From: a bacterium
GTDB lineage: Bacteria; UBA8248
NCBI GenBank assembly: GCA_965207065.1
Contig: OZ242260.1
Span: 1,120,001 to 1,184,000, forward strand
DNA: 64,000 nt
Direction of reading: 5' to 3'
The position numbers and the translations under genes were made by a program. Below, one piece after another: positions 32,988 through 43,358 of this stretch (positions are counted from its first letter, which is position 1; each line of letters opens with the position of its first letter). The notes under the pieces are model-generated. The model ran no database searches and was not told the origin of the DNA. It saw only the letters and a program-made list of their open reading frames with translations.

Positions 32988-34552
32988 TGGTCGCTCCTCC
33001 CCATCCAGGGCTGAGCGATCTCCTGCAACATGACCGCATCGGTCTTGGCGTAGATCATCGTCGTGTTCGGTGACCTGTGGCGCAGTAGCGACTGGATGAC
33101 ATCGAGCGTCGCGCCCGATCTGAGCAACGCCGTCGCCTGGCTATGGCGGAACACATGCGCACCGCGGCCGGCAAAGGTCTTGACCCCGGCGCGGTCGAGC
33201 GCGCGTTTCGCCAGAGAACTGACGATGCTTGAGTCGGCCAATGCTCGCCAGGGCGCTTGGGTGCAGAGGAACACCTTCTCCTCATCCACCCTCGGCCGCA
33301 CCGTGGCGATATAGACATGGAGCGCATCGCCGGCATCCTGCGGCAACGGCAGAGCCGCCTCTCGGCGTGACTTCCCCGAGACACGGATCTCGGCCCGGTC
33401 CCAATCGATGTCGCCGAGGCGCAGGGCCACGATGTCTCCTGCCCGCAGGGCAAGCCGTGCCAGAAGCAGCAGGATCGCCCGGTCGCGCACGCCCGTCCGG
33501 TCATCGCCGCAACTGGCGATGGCGCGTTCGACATCGTCGCACGTGATGTACCGTGGCAAGCTCGACAACTGCCCACGAGGCGCTGACGGCACGGCCGCGA
33601 TCAGCGCGGCCGGGATGCTGCCTTCCCAGGTCAGGAACCGCAGATACATGCGCATCGCGGTTGTCAGAGTCCGGGCGTAGCTCCGCGACCGCGGGCGCAT
33701 CTTCTCAAGCAGCACCCGGCGGATCAGGGCCGCGTCACAGGCGCAGGGGTCGTCCCCAAGTTCAGGCATCATCTCGCCGATCAAACGCACATGTCGCCGT
33801 ATTGTCCCCGCGCCGATGCCGCGATGGCGTTCAAGCCACACGGCGTACCTCTCAAGGCGAACGGGCGGCGCCTGCTCGACCGGGACCGGCTCCAGGGGAT
33901 CGATCCGCCCGATCGAGACGAGGTGCTTCAGGAAGCCGCGCAGTTCGGTTGCGTAAGCTGTGCCGGGTCGCCTCTTCTCGTGGCCGCAAAACACCCCGGG
34001 GATCGAGCAGACGAACGACCGGTTCTCGAAGCGCGCATAGACCTGCGCGCTCAGATCGCACAGGCGGATGCGTGAGAGATGGAGCCAGACAATGAGACCG
34101 GTGCATCCTTTCCGGTACAACCTGAGGGTTGCAGCCGTGTAGCCATTGCCGCGCAAACCGGTGAGGAACGCGCCCAGCAGCCGCAGATTGTCGTCCAGCT
34201 CACCGGGTGTCTCGACATGCCCCGTCTGCTCGAGGAACCGGATGAACGCCATGAGCATGGGTGATGTGCGGCGCTTGCGCCAACGCCGCAGACGAACCGG
34301 CGCGCAAGATGCGCCGCAACGACAATCGTGCTGCAGAAAGCGCTCGATGATCGCGCCGTCCACCGTCTTGAGTTCGATACGGGTGAGTTCAAGCCAGACC
34401 AGGAAGTGAAGGGCGATGCGCCGGTACTTGCCAAACAGTGTCCCGGAAATCTCGGCGCGACTGCGGAGATCGTCAACGAAGGCAAGGGTCAAATCGGTGA
34501 AGCCCGCCAGAGTGGCACTCGCCGGGGACGGGTTGCTGGATATTGCAGGCAT
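32984..34552 (-). CDS. ritA: RIT tyrosine recombinase A (long N-terminus)
   Basis: LRAGDI, HVFRHSQAT, LLRH...TMIYAK. Confidence 0.9.
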   Translation of the reverse strand: MPAISSNPSPASATLAGFTDLTLAFVDDLRSRAEISGTLFGKYRRIALHFLVWLELTRIELKTVDGAIIERFLQHDCRCGASCAPVRLRRWRKRRTSPMLMAFIRFLEQTGHVETPGELDDNLRLLGAFLTGLRGNGYTAATLRLYRKGCTGLIVWLHLSRIRLCDLSAQVYARFENRSFVCSIPGVFCGHEKRRPGTAYATELRGFLKHLVSIGRIDPLEPVPVEQAPPVRLERYAVWLERHRGIGAGTIRRHVRLIGEMMPELGDDPCACDAALIRRVLLEKMRPRSRSYARTLTTAMRMYLRFLTWEGSIPAALIAAVPSAPRGQLSSLPRYITCDDVERAIASCGDDRTGVRDRAILLLLARLALRAGDIVALRLGDIDWDRAEIRVSGKSRREAALPLPQDAGDALHVYIATVRPRVDEEKVFLCTQAPWRALADSSIVSSLAKRALDRAGVKTFAGRGAHVFRHSQATALLRSGATLDVIQSLLRHRSPNTTMIYAKTDAVMLQEIAQPWMGRSDQ

Positions 34553-34695
34553 TGTCGTTCTCCTTTTTGAGTGAGAGAACGATAATGCCCGAAGTCACCT
34601 GCCGATATAATGCCGAGTGAATGTGCCGAAAAACCCTGTAAACAAGCCGTATTTAGCAGATCACTCGGCATTATCCACTTCTCGGCATTAATGCC

Positions 34696-36150
34696 GGGAC
34701 CGGCAAGACCACCATGCTGAACCGCGCCCGCGCTCTCCTCGAAAAACGCGGGTTCGAGGTCAAGGGCCTTGCGCCGTCGGCCTCGGCGGTGAAGACGCTC
34801 GGAACCGAGGCCGGGATCGAGAGTGAGACGCTGCAGCGTTTCCTCGCGCGAAACGCCGGCGTGGCCGGGGGAAGGCTCACCAAAAAGACCGAGAAGCAGA
34901 TGCGCGCGGCCTACGGCAAGACGGTGCTCGTGGTGGACGAAGGGTCCCTCGCCTCCACCCTGCAGGCCCGCGACCTCCTGCGGGTCGCAGGCGCCTTGCG
35001 CATCCCCAGGCTCGTGCTGGTGGGCGATGAGAAACAACTGGACGCCGTGGACGCCGGCAAGCCTTTCGCGCAACTGCAACAGGCCGGTATGAAGACCGCC
35101 GTGATGGACGATATCCTGCGCCAGCGCGATCCGGATCTGAAAGCCGCGGTCGAGGCGAGCCTCGCCGGAGAGATCGGCCGCGCGTTCGAGAAGCTCGGGT
35201 CGAACGTCGCGCAGGTGAAAGCCGACAACATCGCGGGCGCGGTGGCGGCGCGCTGGCTCGAACTGTCCCCCGAGGCGAGAGAGAACACCGGCGTCATGGC
35301 GCCCAGCCATGAACTTCGCCAGAAGATCAACGCTCATATCAGAGAGCGTCTCGCGCGTGAGGGCCGTATCCACGGCCCCGCCTTCAGGGGGGAGCGGCTC
35401 GTCTCGCGCGGTTATACGAACCCCGAGAAATCACTCGCCGCGAACTACGCCCCGGGAGACGTCGTGGCATTCCATCGCCCCTACAAGCGCCTGGGCGTCG
35501 AGAAGGGCGACGAGCTCCGCGTATCGGGCGTGGATCACGAGAACCAGACGGTGATTCTCGAAGGCAAGGACGGCGGGAGCGTTTCATGGAAGCCCGGGCG
35601 GATTGCCGGGCGGAGTGGCGGCGCCGAGGTCTACAGGGCCGAAGAGATCGAGCTTCGCGCCGGCGACCGGGTACGCTGGACCCGCAACGACATGGGCTCA
35701 GGCCTCGTAAACAGCCGCACGGCCGAAGTGCTTTCGGCCGGGGACGGCAGCGTCTCCTTCCGCCTGGAAGATGGGCGCCGGCTCGGTATGACCTCGGGCG
35801 ATCCCCAGCTGCGCCACCTCGACCATGCATGGGCTTCGACCGTGCATGCCTTCCAGGGCCGGACCGTCGACAACGTGATCGCCGCGATGCAGGCGGGTCA
35901 CCCTCACCTCACCACGCAGAAGAGCTTCTATGTGGAGATCAGCCGCGCACGAGACCGGGCGGAACTCGTGACCGACGATGCAAAGGCGTTGCGCGAGCGG
36001 CTCGAATCAGCCACGGGCGAACGGGTATCGGCGCTCGAGGGGATCGGGGAAGCTGTACGGGAAGTACCAGCGAAAGAGACGGGAGCGGGGTCGAAAGAGG
36101 GACGAACAACGAATCGCGAGAAGCAGACCGAGCGAGACCTCGGTTTATGA
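34696..36150 (+). pseudogene. trwC: MOBF relaxase-helicase, 3' helicase part
   Basis: Resumes GTGKTTML; VVDEGS, VGDEKQL, HAWASTVHAFQG, YVEISRAR. Confidence 0.92.
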
Positions 36151-36904
36151 TTGCTGACTCTCATCGGAGGCAGGTGAGAGCGAATGGACTACACGATAGC
36201 AGATTTATTGTGATGCCTTTTCGGGCCGCGCCAGATAGTAGCTGTCGACCGGTTCCTAGATGGGAAAAGCTGAGCCTGTTTCGCTCAAATCAGATGCCCG
36301 GAACGTGTGCGCTAAATGATGCGGCTGCCAAGCAGCGAGAGTAATAACACTCGCTATCGGATACAAAACTGAGCTGCCGCCAAATTCGACAGAAGTCTAG
36401 AAAACAAGCCACCTAGAAAAAGTCGAAATAGTTTTGCTGTTAGATGAACCGACCCATACGCTAAATAGATTGTCGCCACCCGATCCGCCTCGACCGCCTC
36501 AGATTGTCACGATGACAAACGGACCCGATAGGGTGCCTGGACAGAAGCCGGAACGCGGTGCGGGAGAATCTACCGAACGCTCCGGTAACGATTGGCTGTG
36601 AGCGTGTTTGCTGTCGTGGAATACCGATACAACGATTCGCAACAACTCACAATTATTGCATCTTCGGCCAAGTTAACCAATACTATTGTTACTGCTTTCG
36701 GGGAGGGCGTGCATATCCTGAGCGTCAAGTATGAAAAGTACGGTTGTGGGAGGCTGATCAATTTCTCCCAGGTTGTCGCTGTGATGGTGGCCAAACAAGA
36801 GTAACCGATCATTGTCGTGCAGTAGCTGGAGAAATATAATCGACGGAATTCGCAGGATATTCGTGAAGCCCCCCGGGCGATGCGGAACGCAATGGCCGCA
36901 CAGA

Positions 36905-37095
36905 AGGTGGCCGAGTATGGAAAGTCGGGGTCGACGAGATCGAGGCGCACGAATACAATCTCGATATCAGAAACCCGCATACGGCGGAGCCGGAACCCAG
37001 AGAAACTGCTGAAGGAACTGGCCATAGCCGAAGCGGAAGTAACATTGGCAAGGGATCGATTGAAAAACACGCAGGCGGAAGGGCTATTGCGATGA
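36905..37095 (+). pseudogene. hsdM: Type I RM HsdM C-terminal remnant
   Basis: VWKVGVDEIEAHEYNLDIRNPH, then a frameshift to PEKLLKELAIAEAEV...LLR*. Confidence 0.55.
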
Positions 37096-37140
37096 CTTCG
37101 GGGAACTGCACCATTCACCCACGACGGAGGAGAACTGAGC

Positions 37141-37452
37141 ATGCACGCAGCCATTGCTGACAAACGCGACGAACTCGTAGCACTCTGTCGGCAATATCGG
37201 GTCGCACGGCTTGAGGTCTTCGGCTCGGCGGCAAGGGGCACGGACTTCGACCCGGTATCCAGCGACGCCGACTTCCTGGTGGAATTCAGACTCCACGACG
37301 ACCGGAAACCGCTCCAACAATACTTCGGCTTTTCCGAAGCATTACGCCGGACGCTGGGCCGTCCGGTCGATCTGGTCGAAGTAGGGGCGATCCGCAACCC
37401 GTATCTTCGAGTGGCCATCGACAAGTCACGCGAGCTTGTCTATGCAGCGTGA
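37141..37452 (+). CDS. mntA: Minimal nucleotidyltransferase antitoxin (MNT)
   Basis: VFGSAARG...SDADFLV, GRPVDLV. Confidence 0.9.
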   Translation: MHAAIADKRDELVALCRQYRVARLEVFGSAARGTDFDPVSSDADFLVEFRLHDDRKPLQQYFGFSEALRRTLGRPVDLVEVGAIRNPYLRVAIDKSRELVYAA

Positions 37453-37798
37453 CCCACGCGTCCTGCTGGCGGATGTGGATCAGGCGGCTGAGCACATTGT
37501 GCACTTCACCGAAGGTATGCATCGCGAAGCCTATCTAGCCGACGCGCGAACGCAAGCCGCCGTCGAACGCAAGTTCGAGATCATCGGCGAGGCGCTCAAT
37601 TTCCTGTCTAAGGCCTCGCCCGAGATTGCCGAACGGATTCCCACATTGCGTGTGGTCGTCGACTTCCGCAACGTGTTGATCCATGGCTATGCCGTCGTGA
37701 TACCTGAACGCGTATGGGATTACGTCGTTAACGACTTGTCGGAACTGCATCGGATCATAAAGGCGCTGCTTTCTGAGATGGATCCACCAGGTGTATGA
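37442..37798 (+). CDS. hepT: HEPN/DUF86 toxin of MNT-HEPN TA pair
   Basis: AVERKFEIIGEA, FRNVLIHGY. Confidence 0.9.
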   Translation: MQRDPRVLLADVDQAAEHIVHFTEGMHREAYLADARTQAAVERKFEIIGEALNFLSKASPEIAERIPTLRVVVDFRNVLIHGYAVVIPERVWDYVVNDLSELHRIIKALLSEMDPPGV

Positions 37799-37829
37799 AC
37801 ACTGGGTGGTTGCTGACAAGATGCCCTGC

Positions 37830-38345
37830 AATATGGAGCCGTCCGAATTGAGATACACTAAGACTCGTATGCTGCGCGACCAAGCCGGTACGGGAAGCCA
37901 CTGCTCGAAACAGTCCACCATTGTGTCCACCCGCTCCCTGTTGCGGCATTTACTCTCTCTGACAGGAGTGCAGGCCTTTCTTGCCACTATCCCGTACAAT
38001 CGCTTGCTCGACGCCTTTCTGGATGTATCGTCCTGCTCACTACAAATCCACCTGCGCACCACCATCAAGTCAATCGGCGAGACCGAGGTGGACAAGATCT
38101 ACGTCACAGTTGACAGCAAAGGAAGGCAGTTCGTACTACCCGTCCAGGCCCAAGGCGGTATAGCTGCCGGTTCTTCGTTGTCCGGTTCCAACAGCACCTC
38201 CTGTGGTGCCGCAAGCGATTTCCAGACCTGGTCTACCTCCCCATCCTGCCGCAGTTCGTTATAGATAACCTGATTGCGATGTTCGAGGTGGCGAAAAACC
38301 ACGGAGAATTCGAGATGGTGCAGGAGATGCACGACCGACTCATCC
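37830..38345 (+). pseudogene. Restriction-endonuclease-like (PD-(D/E)xK) gene remnant
   Basis: YNRLLDAF...LQIHLRTT...ETEVDKIYV...PVQAQGG in broken frames. Confidence 0.5.
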
Positions 38346-38496
38346 TAACTGTGGAGGTCACTTCCGGGTCCTGTCTTGTTATCGTAACGCTGTCTGAGAA
38401 GATCGAGAAGGCACATGGAATCACATCTTCAAATTTCTTTGTCCCCATTTCGTATCGGTTCTGCCTTCGACCATTTCATTTCGAGCCAGTCGCCGC

Positions 38497-39399
38497 ATGA
38501 ACGAAATCGACCGAATCCGGCTGAAGTATGAGGACGACCGTCTTCTCGACCGCCTTGAGTCGCTCGACGACGTTAACCGGTTCGTACTCACTTTCTGCAG
38601 GGACGTAACTCAGATATTTCGCTTGGTCACGCTGCAACGCAACCCAAGTCGAAACCCCGATGGTTACGGCCTTGCCGACGCGCCGATCATCGGTCTCCTG
38701 ACCCGTGTCACGAAGTTGCTCGAACTAGTCACCAGATTCTACGAGATTAACAATGGTGACCACCTCACCGTGTTCTCTCGTCCGCTGATCGAGTCGGCAA
38801 TCGTCGCCACCTATCTCCTGCAAATGGGAGACGCCGCTGTAGAGGACTTCCGAAGGTGCTCGTACAAGGACACGCTCAGGATACTGCGCGACCAGGAAAG
38901 CGGATCCGAGTTCTTTAGTAGCCCCGCAGGTCAGCGCGTTCTACGATCCGCCATCAAGGACCTCGCTATCGAGGGGCTGTCCAAAGAGAGTTTCACCGTA
39001 CAGAAGCGAAATCGTTGGCGCCTCCAAGGAAAGTTGCTATACGACATCTTCGGCCAAGTAGCTAGCCCAGCCGAATATCCGTTCGTCTACGGAATAATGT
39101 CCGAATCCATACACGGTTCGTGGAACCAATCCATGGATTGGTGCCTTTCGCGAAACGAAGACGGTACCTTTTCCGCATACGCTCTGTACCGTGACGTTGA
39201 CGCCAGGGCAATCCTGCCCTTGATCCGATACGCGACACCCCCGTACGTTTTTTGGAGCGAGAGAATCCAGTTGCAGAGCGATTCCTTGCCCCAGGCTCTC
39301 TATCGGCTCCAAGATTACAACCTTGCGATTTATTCCAAGTTCGACGAACTTTACGATGGCCCTGCTGCTGGAGGTTCCGCAGCCCCCGCCCCGAACTAA
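38497..39399 (+). CDS. DUF5677-like (HEPN-related) protein, paralogue 1
   Basis: RPLIE...YLL and Y..MSESIHGSW motifs. Confidence 0.65.
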   Translation: MNEIDRIRLKYEDDRLLDRLESLDDVNRFVLTFCRDVTQIFRLVTLQRNPSRNPDGYGLADAPIIGLLTRVTKLLELVTRFYEINNGDHLTVFSRPLIESAIVATYLLQMGDAAVEDFRRCSYKDTLRILRDQESGSEFFSSPAGQRVLRSAIKDLAIEGLSKESFTVQKRNRWRLQGKLLYDIFGQVASPAEYPFVYGIMSESIHGSWNQSMDWCLSRNEDGTFSAYALYRDVDARAILPLIRYATPPYVFWSERIQLQSDSLPQALYRLQDYNLAIYSKFDELYDGPAAGGSAAPAPN

Positions 39400-39440
39400 G
39401 CTACTTCGTTCTTCAAAGTGGACCGCACAAACACATAATC

Positions 39441-40307
39441 ATGGACGAGATACAGGACATCCTCGCTAAATACGACCGTGACTACTGTGCGCGGCTCCTT
39501 GCCTCCACGCCGGAGGGGGACCAACTGGCGCTGACCTTCTACGAGGATGTCGCGGAGATTCTCGACGTCCTCTCCCGCCTGAAGAACGTCGAAAGGAACC
39601 CAACGGGCTTCTCTATCGACGACGCCACGGTACTCGGTCTGCTCGTCCGCACGTGGAAACTGCTCAAACTTATCCTCTGGATCTACAGGGAAGACAGCGC
39701 GGAGTTCGCGACCATCGCCGAACGATCGCTCATCGAAGTGGCCGTCACTGCTACCTATCTGCTCCGTTCGGACGAATTGACGTTGGAAGACTACCGGCGC
39801 TGTTCTTACAGAAACAGACACCGGATGCTCGAACAAGCGGCTTCCGGGTCCGAATACTATCACAGCAAACCTGGGCGCCGGCTCTTACGCTCGATCAACG
39901 AAAAGCTCGCCCGAGAGGGATTGGACGAACACAGCTTCGAGGAACAGATTCGAAACAACTGGCGCGTTCGGGGCAAGACGTTCCATCAGATATTCAAGGA
40001 GGTAGTGGGCGAAGACTTGTATACCGTGGCATACGGTACCTTCTCGCAATCTGTCCACGGTTCTTGGCAAGATGTCCTCGGCTTCTCCTTGCACGGGAAC
40101 GTCGCTCAAGGTTACTCGCCGCTGTACGAACCGCTTCACGCCAGCGTAGGCCACGTTTCGCTGATCCTCCCGTTTGCTACACTGCCGTTTCGAGGGTGGT
40201 CTAGAAGAGTCGAGTTAGACGACCCGTACATAGAGGAAGTGTTGGACTTTATCGACAAACTCAATGGTGGATTGCTCGAGAAGTACGGGAACCTCTACGG
40301 CTTTTGA
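39441..40307 (+). CDS. DUF5677-like protein, paralogue 2
   Basis: RSLIE...YLL and Y..FSQSVHGSW; colinear with paralogue 1. Confidence 0.65.
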   Translation: MDEIQDILAKYDRDYCARLLASTPEGDQLALTFYEDVAEILDVLSRLKNVERNPTGFSIDDATVLGLLVRTWKLLKLILWIYREDSAEFATIAERSLIEVAVTATYLLRSDELTLEDYRRCSYRNRHRMLEQAASGSEYYHSKPGRRLLRSINEKLAREGLDEHSFEEQIRNNWRVRGKTFHQIFKEVVGEDLYTVAYGTFSQSVHGSWQDVLGFSLHGNVAQGYSPLYEPLHASVGHVSLILPFATLPFRGWSRRVELDDPYIEEVLDFIDKLNGGLLEKYGNLYGF

Positions 40308-40640
40308 CGTCGTATTCGGATACGAACGCAGACAAAGCAAGCCCAATCACGCTTCCCGTCTTCTAATCTCTTGCGAGGTCGACGTTTTCAGTCGATAGCA
40401 GTGTGCAAGGGAGACCTGCCAACTCGAACCCAGACGGGGTTGTTTTTCACAGCTGACGCATCGCTGATGCCCTTTCGGCAACACCCGCCATCGTATGAAA
40501 CGGTGAAAATGCTCTTGAATTCAAGAACTTATAACTTAGTTCGTCCCACACCACCGCACGGCTCCTTGAGACAAACGCCGTGGCGACCGCTTCGTGTACT
40601 ACGGCTAGGTCGAGCGGCACAACGAAAGGAGACACGCCCC

Positions 40641-41105
40641 ATGACCGAACCAACTAAATCCACTTTAGCCAGACGCATCCACGAAGACGTGATTAAAGGC
40701 CTTTGCCTGCGGGTTTACCCGAGCGGCGCGCGTTACAACTCGGCTATTAGGTATATTCACTCCGAAGAGGTTCCCCGACTTGCTGTTGTCTTCTCGGACG
40801 ACCAGACCGTAGATGTAATCCCGGAGTGACGTCCCCGAATTAAACGTTCGGCATTGGAAAGAGCTATTGCCGAGCTCGAAGCTGCAACAAAGGAGAACTA
40901 CCATCCGGCGAAGAAGTGGCTGGACGTTCATCAGTTCCACCTCAATCAGGAACAATGCAATCGCATCAACGCAGTTCTCAGGAGGATTAAAGAGGAGCCG
41001 AAGGAAGTTGGCGAGCTCAGAAGAGAGTGGGGAGAGTTTTCGCCAGATCCCGGCCTCAATGACAGCTATTTCGAAAGTGAAGACGCTGAACCAGCTTCTT
41101 CATAG
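40641..41105 (+). pseudogene. Chimeric remnant: integrase arm-domain start fused to DisA_N/DAC-family C-terminus, in-frame TGA at 40827
   Basis: RBS AAGGAG, DVIKGLCLRVYPSG, then GARYNSAIRY...AVVFSDDQTVDVIP*RPRIKRS. Confidence 0.5.
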
Positions 41106-41129
41106 CGCAGTGGACGCAGGTGCGATCCG

Positions 41130-41897
41130 CTACGATTCGCGCATCCTGTACCAGTTTATTTCGTCATGAAGGTCGAGAAGCAACGTCAAAGGGAAAAGTA
41201 TTGACTCAGCCTCTTCATGCGCTTGTTTGGCTTCATCGCGCGTCGGCCGGTAGCCCGATTTGTGAACGACTTTATTCCTTAATGCGCTGATTCCTGTTTC
41301 CTTTAGCATGATAAGTAGCTCTGCCAATTTCGTGTCTCTCACGGATTCGATTTCGCGATCACTCGGAATTTCCGGATTGCGGATCGATTCGATCAACCCG
41401 CCAGCCTCATTAAGATTTTTTGGACAAACGGGGTCGATGACTCTTTCCAGAAAGAGTGCTCTCATTCTTTCGAAGGCATATCCTTGGATCGTTTCTCCAA
41501 GTCGTGTGGACAGATCATTCCACTGCTTCAAAGATGTGGTTTCTGCGCAATATGAACGAGCAAGTGGCTTGAAAATCAGTTCTACTCTCAGATATAGACT
41601 GAAGAACATTTCGTATGCTTGACATGCGTTGAGAATGCAATTCATGTAGCGCTTTCTTTTCAGAAGATCATGGCAATCAAAAATGAGTAACTCGTGCCGT
41701 TCGTTCGCGCAGTCGCCATTGAGCCAAAAACTTCCTTTGCACTTAAAGCAAGATACATCGGTTCCAGATATCGGAGTGAACGTGCAAAGATCAGATGCGC
41801 GGTTGAACACCAGTTCGCAGTCGCATAGAGGGCAATCGACAATGATGTTTTCGTATCCGGCATCTTTTGGGCTCGCCGTCGGCATTGCTTCTTTCAT
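41130..41897 (-). CDS. Zn-ribbon plus HEPN-like protein
   Basis: CPLC...CFKC at the N-terminus; LRNKVVH (RxxxxH). Confidence 0.6.
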   Translation of the reverse strand: MKEAMPTASPKDAGYENIIVDCPLCDCELVFNRASDLCTFTPISGTDVSCFKCKGSFWLNGDCANERHELLIFDCHDLLKRKRYMNCILNACQAYEMFFSLYLRVELIFKPLARSYCAETTSLKQWNDLSTRLGETIQGYAFERMRALFLERVIDPVCPKNLNEAGGLIESIRNPEIPSDREIESVRDTKLAELLIMLKETGISALRNKVVHKSGYRPTRDEAKQAHEEAESILFPLTLLLDLHDEINWYRMRES

Positions 41898-42043
41898 TTT
41901 CTATACCTCCCTTAGCAGAGAAGTTTTTGTTGGTGGAAGTTCAATCGGACGCTTATAGGAGCACCCCGACCTTACTCATCTGTGAAAAGTTGGACTTCCC
42001 CGAAAATAATAATACGTGCCCGGAATTTTTAACACGACAGGAT

Positions 42044-43105
42044 TCAGGACAACTTGGCAGCCAGGAGTTCTCCCAAGCTCCTTTCTTGGAGAAGGAATCG
42101 AAGGCACTCGGGAATACGCTTGCCCTTGTTTGTATACAATTTGACGCGAGAGTTGCGTTCAGCCCCCAGTACAGCATTACCGAACACAATAACGCCGCTG
42201 ACTCGTATTAGGGGCTCTGAAAACGCTTCCTGTTCGACAGTTGGATCGGAACGAACGAAAATTGCTTCCCTTTCGTCACCCCACCAGAATTCCGAATGAC
42301 AAACGTTGACAGCAATGAGAAAAATCTCTTTTTCAAGCTTCTTCTTCCCCCAATCTTCCGCCTTTTTTTCCAAAGCTTTGGCCAATGGTGGAGATCCGTC
42401 CACTACGCCAACCCTGCCTGGGCCACGAATTTGGCCCCGGCCATCCGAAGCTATAGGAGGAGCGAGGTATCCCTCCAACACCCAGTCCCCTTCCTTGATT
42501 GCGGTTGACAGACGGTTCTGCGCGATTGCCCACCCCCATTCTGAATACAGTCTCCGTACGTCGTCTGCCGTATATGTTTTCAATAACTCCTCGAAAGGTT
42601 CGACGACGCGCTTTTTCCCCAAGGTCCTATTAAGCTCTCCTGTTGCGGACAGCCATACATCGGAATGCGGGTCCTTGAGCTGTTCGGTAATCTTGCGAAC
42701 AACATTCTGTTCATTGGTATTGGAACTTAGAATGCCCCTCCCCACGCCACAAACCGTTGCTTCAACGTAGAAGTTTTCCTGATGATTGATAACATGAAAG
42801 TCGACCGTTCCACTTGTCTTCGGGAAACTCGGCTCGACTTCAACGGTGCAATCGAGGCTTTTTAAGATTGCAAAAACCTGCAACTCGAAGTAAGCGCTCA
42901 TAAACTCTCCGAAGTCTTCGGATTGGAGCCGATGCTTCAATTTTTTCTTTTGCTCGAGTGGAAATTGCTGAAACCATTCTTCTACCCATTGGCGGATTTG
43001 AACCGCTTCACTTCGCCCCCCGCGTTGCAGAAATTCGAATGTTGTTTCGCCTTCTGTAATCGGTCCCTCTTGTTGTGGAACCGCCTGAAAAAGCAAGTCA
43101 TTCAT
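42044..43105 (-). CDS. Hypothetical protein with PD-(D/E)xK-like nuclease motif
   Basis: SAYFELQV...VDFHV...FYVEAT. Confidence 0.6.
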   Translation of the reverse strand: MNDLLFQAVPQQEGPITEGETTFEFLQRGGRSEAVQIRQWVEEWFQQFPLEQKKKLKHRLQSEDFGEFMSAYFELQVFAILKSLDCTVEVEPSFPKTSGTVDFHVINHQENFYVEATVCGVGRGILSSNTNEQNVVRKITEQLKDPHSDVWLSATGELNRTLGKKRVVEPFEELLKTYTADDVRRLYSEWGWAIAQNRLSTAIKEGDWVLEGYLAPPIASDGRGQIRGPGRVGVVDGSPPLAKALEKKAEDWGKKKLEKEIFLIAVNVCHSEFWWGDEREAIFVRSDPTVEQEAFSEPLIRVSGVIVFGNAVLGAERNSRVKLYTNKGKRIPECLRFLLQERSLGELLAAKLS

Positions 43106-43358
43106 TGTTTCCGTTTCCTTTTGTCTCTCATGTTCATTTCCAGCGGCGTACGAAATTTCACATAGAGCGTGAAGAGACGCTCTACACGCTATGGCATAAC
43201 AGTCTTTGGCACATCATGACCAGCCATGTCGGCATGTCTAGCGAGAACCTGTCACTCTTGGGCAAGCTGTTCAGACACTGGCGGCACCGGCCAACTCGGG
43301 GAGTACGCCTATCTCGCCAACGGGCATCTGATCGAGGTGGCGGAAAAGGGAGAAAACA

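Larger units (their letters stand above)
30949..34695 (-). mobile_element. RIT (recombinase in trio) element
   Basis: Three overlapping tyrosine recombinases; perfect 91-bp IRs at 30972-31062 and 34604-34694; 22-bp palindrome at 30949-30970; ATGCC at both junctions. Confidence 0.93.

Noticed and set aside
40827-40829. Selenocysteine or read-through TGA
   Set aside because: Lies in a truncated chimeric remnant; a nonsense mutation is simpler
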